DNA of 64,000 nucleotides from contig OX597814.1 in assembly GCA_951406725.2 (NCBI GenBank), positions 190,960,001 to 191,024,000 of the forward strand. The letters run 5' to 3'. This stretch comes from Octopus vulgaris (Eukaryota). Below, one piece after another: positions 1 to 11,971 of this stretch. The notes beneath the pieces were generated by a model that was given only the letters and a program-made list of their open reading frames with translations, was not told the origin of the DNA and did no database searches. Within the stretch, counting starts at the first letter, position 1. Every line of letters starts with the position of its first letter. Both the position numbers and the translations under genes were made by a program.

Positions 1-504
1 TCATCCTGTGGCATTTCACATGGAATTTTTGGTCCTCCAAAGTCATCTTGGCATAGTACTGGTCTGAAAAATTCAACTTGTATGTCTGGAAATTTGATAG
101 TCTGTGAGCCATTTCCAGGATATTTAAGGAGAAGCCAAACTGTTCACAGATCACTCCTTTTGGCTCTCCATTCACTTGACACAGAACAGATTCAATGCTC
201 TTGCTAACTGCCTCAAATCATATGATACATTAAGTTGAGCAAAAAAGAATCCTTTGCAATTCGTATTTTGACCAGTTTGAAAAAACATTGATTTCTCTTT
301 CTTCTACCACTGTGCCATGATCCACTAGTTCACATGATGTACAAAACATGAAACTGAAAATTTTCTTAACATAATTCACTTTGTAAAACAAATATGTGTG
401 TGTGCACGTGCATGTGATCATTTAATGTCCATTTTCCCATGCTCACACAGGACAGATGAGGTTTTGTTGAGGCATTTTCTACAGCCTGATGCTCTGTCAC
501 AAAT

Positions 505-930
505 ATGTACATGTGTGATCATTTAATGTCTGCTTTTCTATGCTCACACAGGACAGATGAGATTTTGTTGAGGCATATTTTCTACAGCCAGATGCCCTTC
601 CCGCCACCAATCCTCGCAAATTTTCAGGTAAGATAACAATTTCCCAAGGTCAGACCTGGAAAAAAGAGCTTCACTTTATGGTGATAATACTCATTGACAA
701 TCGTCACGGAATGCCTAAACAAGGGTACACACAAACATAACATACCCATAAATACGTATGCATGCATGTATGTTCACATACAATACACTTCTTCCATTTT
801 CTGTCTACCAAATCTACTCACAAGGCTTTGGATGACCCAGAGCTATAGTAGAAGGCACTTACCCAAGGTGTTATGCAGTGAGACTGAACCTGAGACCATG
901 TGGTTGGAAAACAAACTTCTTAACCACACA
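505..930 (-). mobile_element. SINE family F (family-A tRNA-like head plus RTE-type tail), diverged
   Basis: The head (plus-strand ctaccaaatctactcacaaggc...gcagtgagactgaacc...cttcttaaccacac) matches family A. The tail (catttaatgtc...ttttctacagccagatgcccttcc) matches the RTE 3' end. Confidence 0.75.
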
Positions 931-2049
931 ACTAAGTTTGTGTCTACCAACCTAAATAAAACAGATATCACACACACACACACACACACAAAATTATATC
1001 ATGAAACCTCTGAAGATATTCTGTAATTTTAAATCTAGCATTAAGGGTTTTATCAGTTATAAAATTTCGGGCTTTGTGCCTAGAGTAGAAAAGAATCAAT
1101 GTGAACAGTGTGTGACAAAGTTGTACCTCTGAATTACAGATATATATACAATCTGTCTTATGGGTTTCTTTATTGTTTCTCTCTACCCAATTTCACTCAC
1201 AAAATATGGGTCAACCAGAGACCATAAAAAATGGCATTTGCCCAAAATGCCATGCAGTGGGATCGAACCTGCGACCTCATAACTGCAAAATAAACTTCTT
1301 GACCATTCAGTCATATGGTGCCTATCTTAGTAGATTACAAACTATGCTAATACATGCTTTTGGTGCCAGCAAAAGACATTGGGCCATATATCGATCATAC
1401 CAATTTAAATTAAAACATTATTGTCCATTAATATTAACACTATAGTAATAATATGATTCATAAATACAGGACAAAAAAAAATTGATACAATGTTTCATAA
1501 TTTTTTTCTCCAGTTAATGAGTTGAATTTTGATATCATAAGGTGATATTTATTACTTAGGCCTCTTTTTCCATGAGGACCATGAAATCCTGGCTTTTTTT
1601 TTTTTTTTTTTCTTGTTTTCAATTTAGAGAGCTAATTTGAAGGAATAATCTAATACAGAAAACAAAGAATCTGTAATTAAAATCTGGCCAACTGCAAGTG
1701 AGATATAAAAGACTAAAAGGTGAAAAGAAAGAAAAAAAAACACATTTATTTTAAATTTTATAATTGGCTGTATTGTAATCAATCTTGAAGTAACATTTGA
1801 GAAAATGTTTGGAAATCGTTTGGGGGATAATTTAATCAGTAAATCTATTCAAATAAAATTTCAGATGAACGATACGACGCAATTTAAAAGGCAATTTCAA
1901 CAGTATTAACCTTTTGTTAGTTGCCAATTAATTAGGTTCAAATGCATCTGAAAAAAGTGCTGTCTGGCCACCAGTAAGTAAAACCCATGATCTTGGTTCA
2001 TACCCTGTGGTTTCAAACAAGACTAAATTTAGCCTCGAGGAACACACAT

Positions 2050-2410
2050 CACCATCATCATCATTTTAATGTCCACTTTTCTGTGCTTGGACAGTCAAAT
2101 GGGATTTGTTGATGCAGATTTTCTACAGCCATCAACTTTCACCTGTAATATTTTCCTCCTGGCCAGATCTGCTTTTCACAGAAAACTGGAAACAAACAAC
2201 CTCATAAATTTACAACCATCGTATGATGTCTAAACAAAGATATAGACAGTCACACATGCATACAAACAGGTAAACAGCAAGCTTCGCTCAGTTTCGGTCT
2301 GTTGAATTCACTCACAAGGCTTTTGGTCAACCTCAGGCGATAGAAGAGGACACTTGCCCAAGGTGCCACACAGTGGGGCTGAACCCAAGCTTCTCAACCA
2401 CACAGCCATG
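2050..2410 (-). mobile_element. SINE family F, diverged, with internal deletions
   Basis: (CAT)n tail, ttttctacagcc motif, and gacacttgcccaaggtgccacacagtgg head. Confidence 0.7.
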
Positions 2411-2486
2411 TGTGCACTTACAGTGTATGTATGTGTACACACACACACAGAGGAACTTCACTTTCTTTATTTCACCTGTTACATGT

Positions 2487-2800
2487 GAAGGCGCACAGCT
2501 ACATTCATGAGGTAGTGAGTTTGATTCCCAGACCAGGCCGTGTGTTGTGTTCTTGAGCAAGACACTTTATTTCACGTTGCTCCAGTTCACTCAATATTAG
2601 AAATGAGTTGCGATGTCATTGGTGCCAAGCTGTATTGACCTTTGCCTTTCCCTTGGATAACATTGGTGGCACAGAGAGGGGAGGATGGTATGCATGGGTG
2701 ACTGCTAGTATTCCATAAACAACTTTGACCAGACTAGTGCCTTGGAGGGAAACTTTCTAGGTGTAATCATATGGTTATTCATGACCAAAGAGGGTCTTTA
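2487..2800 (+). mobile_element. tRNA-derived SINE family C (head partly deleted)
   Basis: Colinear with the copy at 2941-3275, including the central gttgtgttcttgagcaagacactttatttc block. Confidence 0.85.
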
Positions 2801-2886
2801 CACTTTTTTTTTACATGTTTCAGAACTTGGTAATAAATTATCAAAACCTGAATGATAAAACTAATGTGCAATGAATGCATCCATTC

Positions 2887-2917
<31 letters not shown>

Positions 2918-2940
2918 TGTGCGTGCGTGTGCGTGCGTGT

Positions 2941-3275
2941 GAAGGCGCATGGCTCAGTGGTTAGAGCGTCGAGCTTATGATCGTGAAGTTGTGAGTTCGA
3001 TTCCTGGACCGGGCTGTATGTTGTGTTCTTGAGCAAGACACTTTATTTCGTTGCTCCAGTTAACTCAGCTGTAGAAATGAGTATCAACATCACTAGTACC
3101 AAGCCGTATCGGCCTTTGCCTTTCCCCTTGGATAACATTAGTGGTGCGGAGGGGGAAGGCTGGTATGCATGGGTGACTGCAGGTCTTCCATAAACAACTT
3201 TGCCTGGACTTGTGCTTCAGAGGGTAACTTTCTAGGTGCAATCCCATGGTCATCCATGACCGAAGGGGGGCTCCT
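2941..3275 (+). mobile_element. tRNA-derived SINE family C, full length
   Basis: Pol III A box TGGCTCAGTGG and B box GAGTTCGATTCC, plus a CORE-like TTGAGCAAGACACTT block. Flanked by (TG)n and (TA)n. Other copies at 2487 and 63310. Confidence 0.9.
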
Positions 3276-3276
3276 C

Positions 3277-3319
<43 letters not shown>

Positions 3320-3320
<1 letters not shown>

Positions 3321-3915
3321 TTCTTTTTCAGTCATGAGGTTGTGGCTATGCTGGGGTACCACCTAGAAGAAATTTAGTCAAATGAACCAACCCCAGTACT
3401 TATTTTTGTAAGGCTGATACTTATTTTGTTGGTCTCATTTGCCAAACCACTAAATTACAGGGACATAAACACACCAAACTGGTTGTCAAGTGGTAGTGGC
3501 ACATGCCCATACACACACAAGTTTCTTATTTCTTTACTACCCACAAGGGGCTAAACACAGTGGGGACAAATAAGGACAGACAAACGGATTAAGTCGATTA
3601 TATCGACCCCAGTGCGTAACTGGTACTTATTTAATCAACTCCCAAAAGGATGAAAGGCAAAGTCAACCTCGGCGGGATTTGAACTCAGAACGTAGCGGCA
3701 GATGAAATACCGCTAAGCATTCCACCTGGCATGCTTACGTTTCTACCAGCTTAGACGCCATCAAGTTTCTTATAGTTTCTGTCTACCAAATCTGCTCACA
3801 AAGCTTTGATTGGCCTGAGGTTACAGTAGAAGACACATACCCAAGGTGCCACACAGTGGAACTGAACCCAGAACCATGTGGTTAGGAAGCAAACTTCTTA
3901 CCACACAGCCATGCC
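3320..3915 (-). mobile_element. SINE family A with a nested family B1 SINE
   Basis: Family-A tail at 3320-3490 and head at 3774-3915, interrupted at the CA linker. Confidence 0.85.
3530..3761 (-). mobile_element. SINE family B1, nested in family A
   Basis: 12-bp TSD caagtttcttat at 3518-3529 and 3762-3773. Conserved GCCTTTCATCC...AAGTACCAG block. Confidence 0.92.
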
Positions 3916-4191
3916 CATGCCTATATATCCAATTTGGGAAGATCAATGGGAAAAAATTACAGCCTATTCTTTATTCATATAATTACAATCTGCAGTATAT
4001 AACCTATATCTATAATTTCAACCCTTAAGCTCTGATCACAAGACATCTTGTGACAAGTAAAATGTCATCTTAACATTGATACTGAGATTTCTTGAACAAG
4101 AAAAATACTCGCTCAAATACAAATCATGAAATAGTTTATGCCTGCATTTTCCTCATAAAAGATTTTGTTTCCTCAACCACCCCACTTTTTG

Positions 4192-4530
4192 CAGGCGTGG
4201 CTATATGGTAAGAAGTTTACTTCTCAACCACATGGTTTTGAGTTCAGTCCTGCTGCATGGCAAGGGAACTAAATCCATGCCTTGTGAGTGAATTTGGTAA
4301 ACAGAAACTGTGTGGAAGTCGGTTGTCTATGTATGTGTGTCTTTGTATCTGTCCTCCCCACCATCACTGTTCAACAACTTGTGTTAGTTTGTTTACATCC
4401 CTATAACTTAGACCGACAATAAGTACCAGACATCAAAAAAAAAATTAAGTACTGGGGTCAATGTGTTCAACTGAAACCCTTGAAGGTGGTGCCCCAGCAT
4501 GGCCATAGTCCACAGACTGAAACAAGTAAT
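4192..4530 (+). mobile_element. SINE family A, diverged
   Basis: Head caggcgtggctatatggtaagaag; tail ggtggtgccccagcatggcc...gactgaaacaagta. Confidence 0.85.
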
Positions 4531-4911
4531 AAACATTTATATATTTCAGTAACCATGGAAATTTCTTCCAGTGATTAATCAAAAGAACATTTTACAATTG
4601 ATATTAATAACTTCAAGTACGCTAATTTAACATAGCTAATTTGTGTGATATTTGTCTTGCACATTTTTTACAGGAAAATATAGCTGATGAGACAAATATT
4701 ATACGCTAGAAGACATATGAATCATCAACTTAATGGAAAATGGTATGATACAATACAATGAATTAAAGCCTTTTCTAGGATGTATGACCGTGACTGGAAA
4801 TAAATCCTACATATGATCTATATTAGCCCACACATCTTTTATACTACAGAGTGAAATAAGATTTTTTTTTTTCTTAAGAAAATGTTTTGAACATTTAAAC
4901 ACATTTACATT

Positions 4912-5292
4912 CATCATCATCATCGTTTAACATCTGCTTTCCATGCTAGCATGAGTTGGATGATTTGACTGAGGGCTGGCAAACCAGATGGCTACACCAG
5001 GCTCCAAGCTTGATCTGGCAGAGTTTCTACAGCTGGATGCCCTTCCTAATGCCAACCACTTCAAGTGTGTAGTGGGTGCTTTTACGTGCCACTAGCACAG
5101 GGGCCAGTCAGGCGGTACTGGCAATGACCTCGCTTGAATCTTTTTACACATGCCACTGGCACAGGTGCCAGTAAGGTGATGCTGGTAACGATCACGCTCG
5201 AATGGTGTCGCTTACGTGCCACTGGCACAGAAGCCAGTTATCCGCTCTGGCAACGATCACGCTCGGATGGTGCTCTTAGCACCCTACTAGCA
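4912..5292 (-). mobile_element. RTE-clade LINE 3' UTR fragment (family E)
   Basis: (GAT)n tail on the minus strand, GTTGGCATTAGGAAGGGCATCCAGCTGTAGAAAC motif, and repeated GTGGCACGTAAAAGCACC units. Confidence 0.85.
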
Positions 5293-5787
5293 GTCCATCC
5301 TTGCCTGGATCAGACAGAAACTGTTGAGACAGGTTTTCTATGACTGGATGCTTTTCACATTGTCAACTTTCACCTGTTTCCAAGCAAGATAATATTTCAC
5401 CATGGCCAGACATGTTTTTCATAGATGACTGGGAACATCATCACTTGTATGACACACACACATTTCTTTTCAGTCTCCATACCAAATCTATCCACAGGGC
5501 TTTGGTCAACCCAGAGCTATAATAATAGATACTAATCTAAGATGCTGCACAACACTTTTCACACAGTGACACAAACGAGGATACATGAATGTGCACACAT
5601 ATACACATAAAACAGGCTTTGAACAGTTTTCATTCATCAAATATATTCACAAGGTTTTGGTTGACCAGGGGCTATAGCATAAGATACTTGCCCAAGGAGC
5701 TAGACTGTGTGATTGAACCGAAAACCACATGGTTAAGAAGTAGACTTCTTAGCCACACTGTCATGTCACTATGTATGTGTGTTTGTA

Positions 5788-6022
5788 TTTTTAGGAAGTT
5801 AAAAGTTATGGCTGGCCATAGAGTGACAATTGGTTTCCCACCTATAAAGCACTTAGCTGTATAGGCAACTCATCAGAAGTTGCCTATACTACTAAGTGCT
5901 TTATAGGTGGGAAACCAATGGTCGCTCTACGACCAGCCATAACTTTTAACTTCCTAAAAAATATATTACTGTTCTAAGGCTTTAGAGTGTGTTTCTTTTC
6001 TTGGATACAAGAACTACTGCCT
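5788..6022. mobile_element. Fold-back Penelope-like terminal fragment with a hammerhead core
   Basis: 83-bp inverted arms at 5788-5870 and 5878-5960 (6 mismatches). CTGATGA...GAAA hammerhead core on the minus strand. Ends in (TA)n. Confidence 0.65.
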
Positions 6023-6042
6023 ATATATATACATATATATAT

Positions 6043-6264
6043 AAGCAATAATAAATCTCTGCACGAGGTATAAACAGTAGCTGCACGACAATGTGAAGTA
6101 TATTTGCCACGTAAATGTGGCTAACCACTAAGGGTGGATGCTACTGTAGCTTGTAGCCCCATTTCAGTCTTAACTGATATAATGATGTTCTCTTAGGGCT
6201 ACAAGCTACAGTAGCATCCACCCTTAGTGGTTAGCCACATTTACGTGGCAAATATACTTCACAT
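6043..6264. repeat. Element fragment with a perfect 69-bp inverted repeat, between two (TA)n tracts
   Basis: Arms 6091-6159 and 6196-6264 are exact reverse complements, with a 36-nt spacer. Confidence 0.9.
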
Positions 6265-7614
6265 ATATATATATATATATATTCAAGCAAAGAACAGAAA
6301 TTATTCTGTATTTATGGCTGAACATTTTACTGAAACTGAAAAAAATTTACGTATTGGAAAGTTTTTATCTCTGAAAGGTATTTGCAAATGTCTTTACAAT
6401 CTGCTGCAGGCGCAAGGAGAAAGCAAGCTTATTCTTCCATTCAGGGTTTTTGGTTTGTAAGAGAAGTCACAAGGTTTAAAGAAGCAAAAAACAAAATGGA
6501 TTTATTTTACATGTTTTAAATAATTTTTATGAAATCATTGGAAATTCATTTCCTTTGTGAGGTTTTTCTTTAAACAACCTGCATTTTTGTTGCACAAAAT
6601 AAAATAAAAGGAAATAATTTGAGTATTTTCTGAAAAGGAATCAATTTTTATGCACAATCTGGATTCTGTAGCTAGACCTGAATGATGTAGTTAATGGAAT
6701 TTTGAAAATAGCAATTCCATTATATCAGTTAAGACTGAAATGGGATTTTAAAAATATAATACAATTCAAAATTTGTTTATAAAATGAGCTAACAGGTGGT
6801 CCTTCTTCCTGAAAAAATTTACTAGTTAGATTTTAGATAGAATATGAAAAAAGGAAAAACATTTCCTTTCAATTAACATTTTATATTTTTACAAATAGAG
6901 TTTAAATAAAAATTTACATCTAATATCATCCTACATAGTAATCCATGAGTTACAATCTTACCAGAGTGCCCCAATCTATCCCTCCCACAGTCCACTACTC
7001 CAATCCTGTAAACCTATTATTACCACAGTCAACCGGTCTATCCTCAACAAAAGCCACCAATCCATTCCCAGAGTCACGACTGTACTAATTTCTCTGGGAT
7101 GCCTTTGGCATAAAAAGCCAATAGTTAAGTGGAGTCAACATACTTAATGAATAATTCAGTAAAGTAAATTTTTCTTTCCACCTATGCAAATATAGAAGGT
7201 AGATGTTTGAAGGATAATATGTGTATGTGTGCATGTGTATGCACCAGTATAATATCTATACTATCTCACTGCATGTCATTAAGAGGTGACAAAATGTTTT
7301 GGCATCAAGAAGTGTATTCAGTCATAAAAATACTGCCTCCGAAAGTCCTAACTCACACCAGCTTGATGAAGTAACCATAAAAACAATGACATTACACCAG
7401 ATTAAAAACCAATCTCATTGAGTTATGTCCTGTAACTTAGTGGTTTGACAAACAGCAATCAACAAAATAAGTACCAGATTGAAATAAATATTGGTGCTGA
7501 TATGATTAACTAAAACCTTTCAAGATGGTGTCCTAGCATGGCTGCAATCTGATGACCGAAACCAATAAAATAACTAAATCAAAAGGAGATGGAAGAAAAA
7601 AGAAGCCAGCAACA

Positions 7615-7985
7615 TCTGAGTAGTAAGAAGATTATTTTTCAACTACATGGTTCCCAAGTTCAGTCCCATTACGTGGCACCTACCTTGGGCAAGTGTCTTC
7701 TACTATAGCCTCAGGCTGATCAAAACCTTGGGAGTAGATTTGGTAGACAGAAAGTGAAAGAAGCCCATTGTGTGTGTATGTGTGTGTGTCTGTCTCTCAC
7801 CACCTCTTGACAACCAGTGTTGGTGTGTTTACATCCCTGTAACTTAGCAGTTCAGCAAAAGTAACCAATAGCATAAGTACTAGGCTTTAAAAAAAAAGTT
7901 CTGGTGTCAATTCGTTCACCAAAAAATGCATCAAGGAGATGCCCCAGTATGGATGCAGTCTAATGATTGAAACAAGATAGAAGAT
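7615..7985 (+). mobile_element. SINE family A
   Basis: ccttgggcaagtgtcttctactatagcc head block, (TG)n linker and gaaacaag tail. Confidence 0.85.
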
Positions 7986-7986
7986 A

Positions 7987-8190
7987 GAGCTGGCAGAAAC
8001 GTTAGCACGCCGGGCGAAATGCTTAGCAGTATTTCGTCTGCCACTACATTCTGGGTTCAAATTCCGCCAAGGTTGACTTTGCCTTTCATCCTTTCGGGGT
8101 CGATAAATTAAGTACCAGTTACGCACTTAATCCTTTTGTCCTTGTTTGTCCCCTCTATGTTTAGTCCCTTGTGGGCAATAAAGAAATAAG
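7987..8190 (+). mobile_element. SINE family B1 (internal deletion), abutting a family-A tail
   Basis: gagctggcagaaacgttagcacgccgggcg head; cccttgtgggcaataaagaaata tail. Confidence 0.9.
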
Positions 8191-8697
8191 ATATATAAAA
8201 AATGGACAGAAATAATGGGTCATATACATTTATTATACAGCTGTTTCAGATATGCATTTGGGTGCACTCATGGCTCAATTTTATCAATCAAGTGATTGAT
8301 TGACAGAAAATATATGGAACAACCCTCATGATATATATTCCTGCTTGTGGATATCCTCTCACAAGTAACCAAAGTGATAGAGAAGGTAGATAGGTAAATA
8401 GTTATGTCTTGTAGGCTGTTTCCCTATGGCATGCAAGTTGAACTTGCACTTTTTCAACCTGGGTTGTTTACTGACAAACAACACTAACACAAGACAGTTA
8501 TTTACTAAAAAATACTTGTCAATGTTAGTAAATTAGTAGAAGACTCCTCAGTCTGAATATTTCAAAAAGTGGACAGCAATTAACATTTTTGTTTGTAGCT
8601 ATGGACTTAGATGTGAAAATGATAGATAAACACGCATGTAATTGAAACACACTTAGCTAAAAAAAAAAGCAAAATAAACTTCATTATTTCACTTAAC

Positions 8698-8940
8698 AAA
8701 GGCGGTGAGCTGGCAGAATTGTTAGTGCGCCAGATAAAATGTTTGGCAGCATTTCTCCCAGCTCTTTACATTCTGAATTCAAATGCTCCACCGAAGTTGA
8801 TTTTGCCTTTCGTCCTTTTGGTGTTGATAAAATATGAACCAGTTGAGAATGGGATATGGGTGGGGTGGGGGTGGGCAATCTGATTGACCTCTCCCTCTCC
8901 TCAAAATTGCTGGCCTTGTACTGAGATTAGAAAGGATTAC
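8698..8940 (+). mobile_element. SINE family B2
   Basis: Family-B head with the alternative ggccttgt...tagaaaggatta tail. Confidence 0.8.
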
Positions 8941-9296
8941 TTTACTTCACATCTATTTCACCGTAGTCGGACAGCAATGGCTTGGCTTACTAAGTTACTA
9001 CTTACAGGTTAGATAGTAAGATTTAAGTATATTCTATCAAATTCTGAAATGTGCTGAGGGTACATCTATCCTCGTTTATTGCTGTTTCATTAATCACTGA
9101 TTCAGGATAACAGGATACTCAAATGCAAACCATGTTATGCTTATCATTAATTGATCTATAATAACACAAGTTGGAAATCAGTTAAAAATACTGCCTGAAC
9201 CACAAAAGCATGCCCCACTGACCATCTCAATGTTCGGGACAATTTAGAGTCTTGGAATGATACTTATTTTCTTCCATGTGTTCTATTATTTATTTA

Positions 9297-9525
9297 TCAT
9301 CATCATCATCGTTTAACGTCCGCTTTCCATGCTAGCATGGGTTGAATGGTTTGACTGTGGGCTGGCAAACCAGATGGCTGCACCAGGCTCCAGTCTTGAT
9401 CTGGCAGAGTTTCTACAGCTGGATGCCCTTCCTAACACCAACCACTTCGAGAGTGTAGTGGGTGCTTTTACGTGCCACCAGCAAGGGGGCCAGTCAGGCG
9501 GTATTGGCAACAACCTCGCTCGAAT
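9297..9525 (-). mobile_element. RTE LINE 3' UTR fragment (family E)
   Basis: Plus strand catcatcatcgtttaacgtccgctttccatgctagcatggg...ggtgcttttacgtgccacc. Confidence 0.88.
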
Positions 9526-10149
9526 TTTTTTTTTTGTCCAGTTTTTCACTTTTTCCCTCTATTTTTTAACCAAACATCTATGATAAACAAGAATTGAGAT
9601 ATACAAAAAGAGATCAATTATATAATGACCAACTGCTAAATATTTTTTTCCTTTGCCAAGGGTGAAAGTATATTAAATATAACTCAGTTACTGATATTTA
9701 AACAGAAGGCCAAGAATCACTGAATTTCTACAAAATACTTAACCTAGTGCTTTACCATCTGCACTGCTCCAACAAATTTTAAAGAATGAATTATGAATGA
9801 GATGAAATGAAAAAATTAGACTGGCAAAATTGAATAAGGGTACTATCAAAGAAGGTGAATATACACATATAGCATCCAGAAAGTGTTACTGGATTTTGGT
9901 GAAAATCAGAAACCTATTAGTATTCACATACACACACAGTAATACCTTGATTAGGGTTCTAGATATGTGTAAAATGAAACAGTGTGACACAAGATCAGTA
10001 CAACATAGCATAGAGAGATGAACTTGATAGGTCATTTTTAATAGTGATATGAACACAACTGAAGGCAATAGACATAGCCAAACAACTGAAAAATTCAGAC
10101 TTGTCACATCATCCAAAACATACAATTTAAGATAGCCTCAGATAATATA

Positions 10150-10370
10150 TGTTTCTTTATTGCCCACAAGGGGCTAAACATAGAGGGGACAAACAAGGAC
10201 AAAGGGATTAAGTCGATTACATCAACCCCAGTGCATAACTGGTACTTAATTTATCGACCCCGAAAGGATGAAAGGCAAAGTCGACCTCGGCAGAATTTGA
10301 ACTCAGAACATAACAGCAGACGAAATACGGCTACACATTTCGCCCGGCGTGCTAACGTTTCTGCCAGCTT
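10150..10370 (-). mobile_element. SINE family B1
   Basis: 15-bp TSD gcctcagataatata at 10135-10149 and 10371-10385. Confidence 0.93.
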
Positions 10371-10397
10371 GCCTCAGATAATATAGCATACACCCAT

Positions 10398-10428
<31 letters not shown>

Positions 10429-10574
10429 AAAAACCTTAAGTTTAATTAAAATCAAATGAAATATTCTGAAACAGGTTAATCAACTTCACTGAGTACACAG
10501 GCCTACACTTTTGCAAAAAGCAGCAGTGAGAAATAGGAGAGGAGAGGTTATATCTGTAATGAGGGTGCTGGCTG

Positions 10575-11265
10575 TGGTTGCTTTGCAAAGAATGCATCAA
10601 ATTCTATTTGTGTGATCTTTGAATCTTTTCTCTCATGAAGTAATTCATACCTCTGCCTGCCTTGCGGCTGCGTTCATAGGCAAAGTCCTTCTCAGTAAAT
10701 TGGTTCATGATTTCCATAGTTTTGGTGATAATTTGGCTGAGCGATTCAAAAGTAATACTTCAAGAGTCACTGGCTCTAAAAGAGGGTCTTCAGGCTAATT
10801 TCAGATGCTAACTCTTGCAGTTATTTAATACATCAACTCATCACATGACCTAACTCTTTTCAAATATTCCACAGAGCAGCACAGAAATGCTATTGATGGA
10901 TGCTGATACTATTTCTCCTACAAATTCCAGAAAATCATTGGATGCTTCTGACCATAGCTTCTATCAAATTCTGATTATACAGTTCTTGGTTACTTCATCC
11001 CAAGATATTTTGATACGTAAGTGATATGGTAGTTCTCTAAAAATCTTAGTTTATTAGAGCCATTTGTTTCATGAAGTTGTTTGAAAGTTTAGCAAAAGTA
11101 GTCAACCTAGGAGTGGCTGTGTGGTAAGTAGCTTGTTTACCAACCACATGGTTCCGGGTTCAGTCTCACTGCATGGCACCTTGGGCAAGTGTCTTCTACT
11201 ATAGCCTCGGATCGACCAAAGCCTTGTGAGTGGATTTGGTAGATGGAAACTGAAAGAAGCCCATC

Positions 11266-11309
<44 letters not shown>

Positions 11310-11630
11310 ATGTATGTGTGAGTATATGTTAGTATGTCTGCATTTGTCCCCCACAACATCGCTTGACAACTGATGCTGACGTGTTTGCATTCCCGTAACT
11401 TAGCAGTTCGGCAAAAGAGACCGATAGAATAAGTACTAGGCTTACAAAGAATAAGTCCTGGGCTCGATTTGCTCGACTAAAGGCGGTGCTCCAGCATGGC
11501 CACAGTCAAATGACTGAAACAAGTAAAAGTGTGTAACCTTAGTATCAGAAATGACACCATGAGCTGTGTGTTGGAATAAAAGAGTGGAGTTTGGTGCTAA
11601 AGTAAACTACTTAGTTAGAAATGCAGATGT
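10575..11630 (-). pseudogene. Decayed Tigger/pogo (DDE_1) transposase C-terminal half, interrupted by a SINE
   Basis: Minus-strand peptides with stops and frameshifts: LAPNSTLLFQHTAHGVISDTK (cf. LPPNTTSLIQPMDQGVIATFK), ISWDEVTKNCII..KLWSE, FTEKDFAYERSRK and ELLHERKDSKITQIEFDAFFAK. Confidence 0.8.
11107..11530 (+). mobile_element. SINE family A, full length, inserted in the Tigger relic
   Basis: A box TGGCTGTGTGG, B-like box GGTTCAGTC, (TA)n(TG)n linker, and tail GGCGGTGCTCCAGCATGGCCACAGTCAAATGACTGAAACAAGTAAAAG. Confidence 0.93.
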
Positions 11631-11938
11631 TTTGTTTTTATTTTCAAATCATAGATAGACACAGTATTCATACTTCCCTAAGTGGAGTGGCATTTCTGAA
11701 TGAGAAATAAGATCTGTCCTGGAACTAAAAGTGATTTTGTCTTCTTAGGAAATGATGTGTGTATTAGTTAAAAACAAATTGTTTAATGTACATAAAATAA
11801 CAGCTACTGAATAAAGAACTTAGTACAAATGTAGAGTTCTAATATTTACTGTTGTTATACTGATAGTGACTTTGATGTTGTTAGTTTATTCAAACTGTCA
11901 GTTTGAACGAGCCACAAAGCTGGCAAACTGTCAAAATC

Positions 11939-11971
<33 letters not shown>

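Noticed and set aside
2941-3015. tRNA-like sequences (also at 16448 and 54003)
   Set aside because: A and B boxes are present but there is no acceptor stem. They run into SINE bodies (with TSDs or near-TSDs for the family-D copies), so they are SINE heads and not tRNA genes.
4684-4720. CTGATGAG motif (also CTGATGA at 43051 and on the minus strand near 35275 and 49290)
   Set aside because: No stem II plus GAAA and stem I/III arrangement, so these are not hammerheads.
6091-6264. Possible pre-miRNA or MITE
   Set aside because: The arms are perfect and too long for a typical pre-miRNA, the element extends asymmetrically to 6043, and the loop is locally templated. This fits an integration fold-back better.
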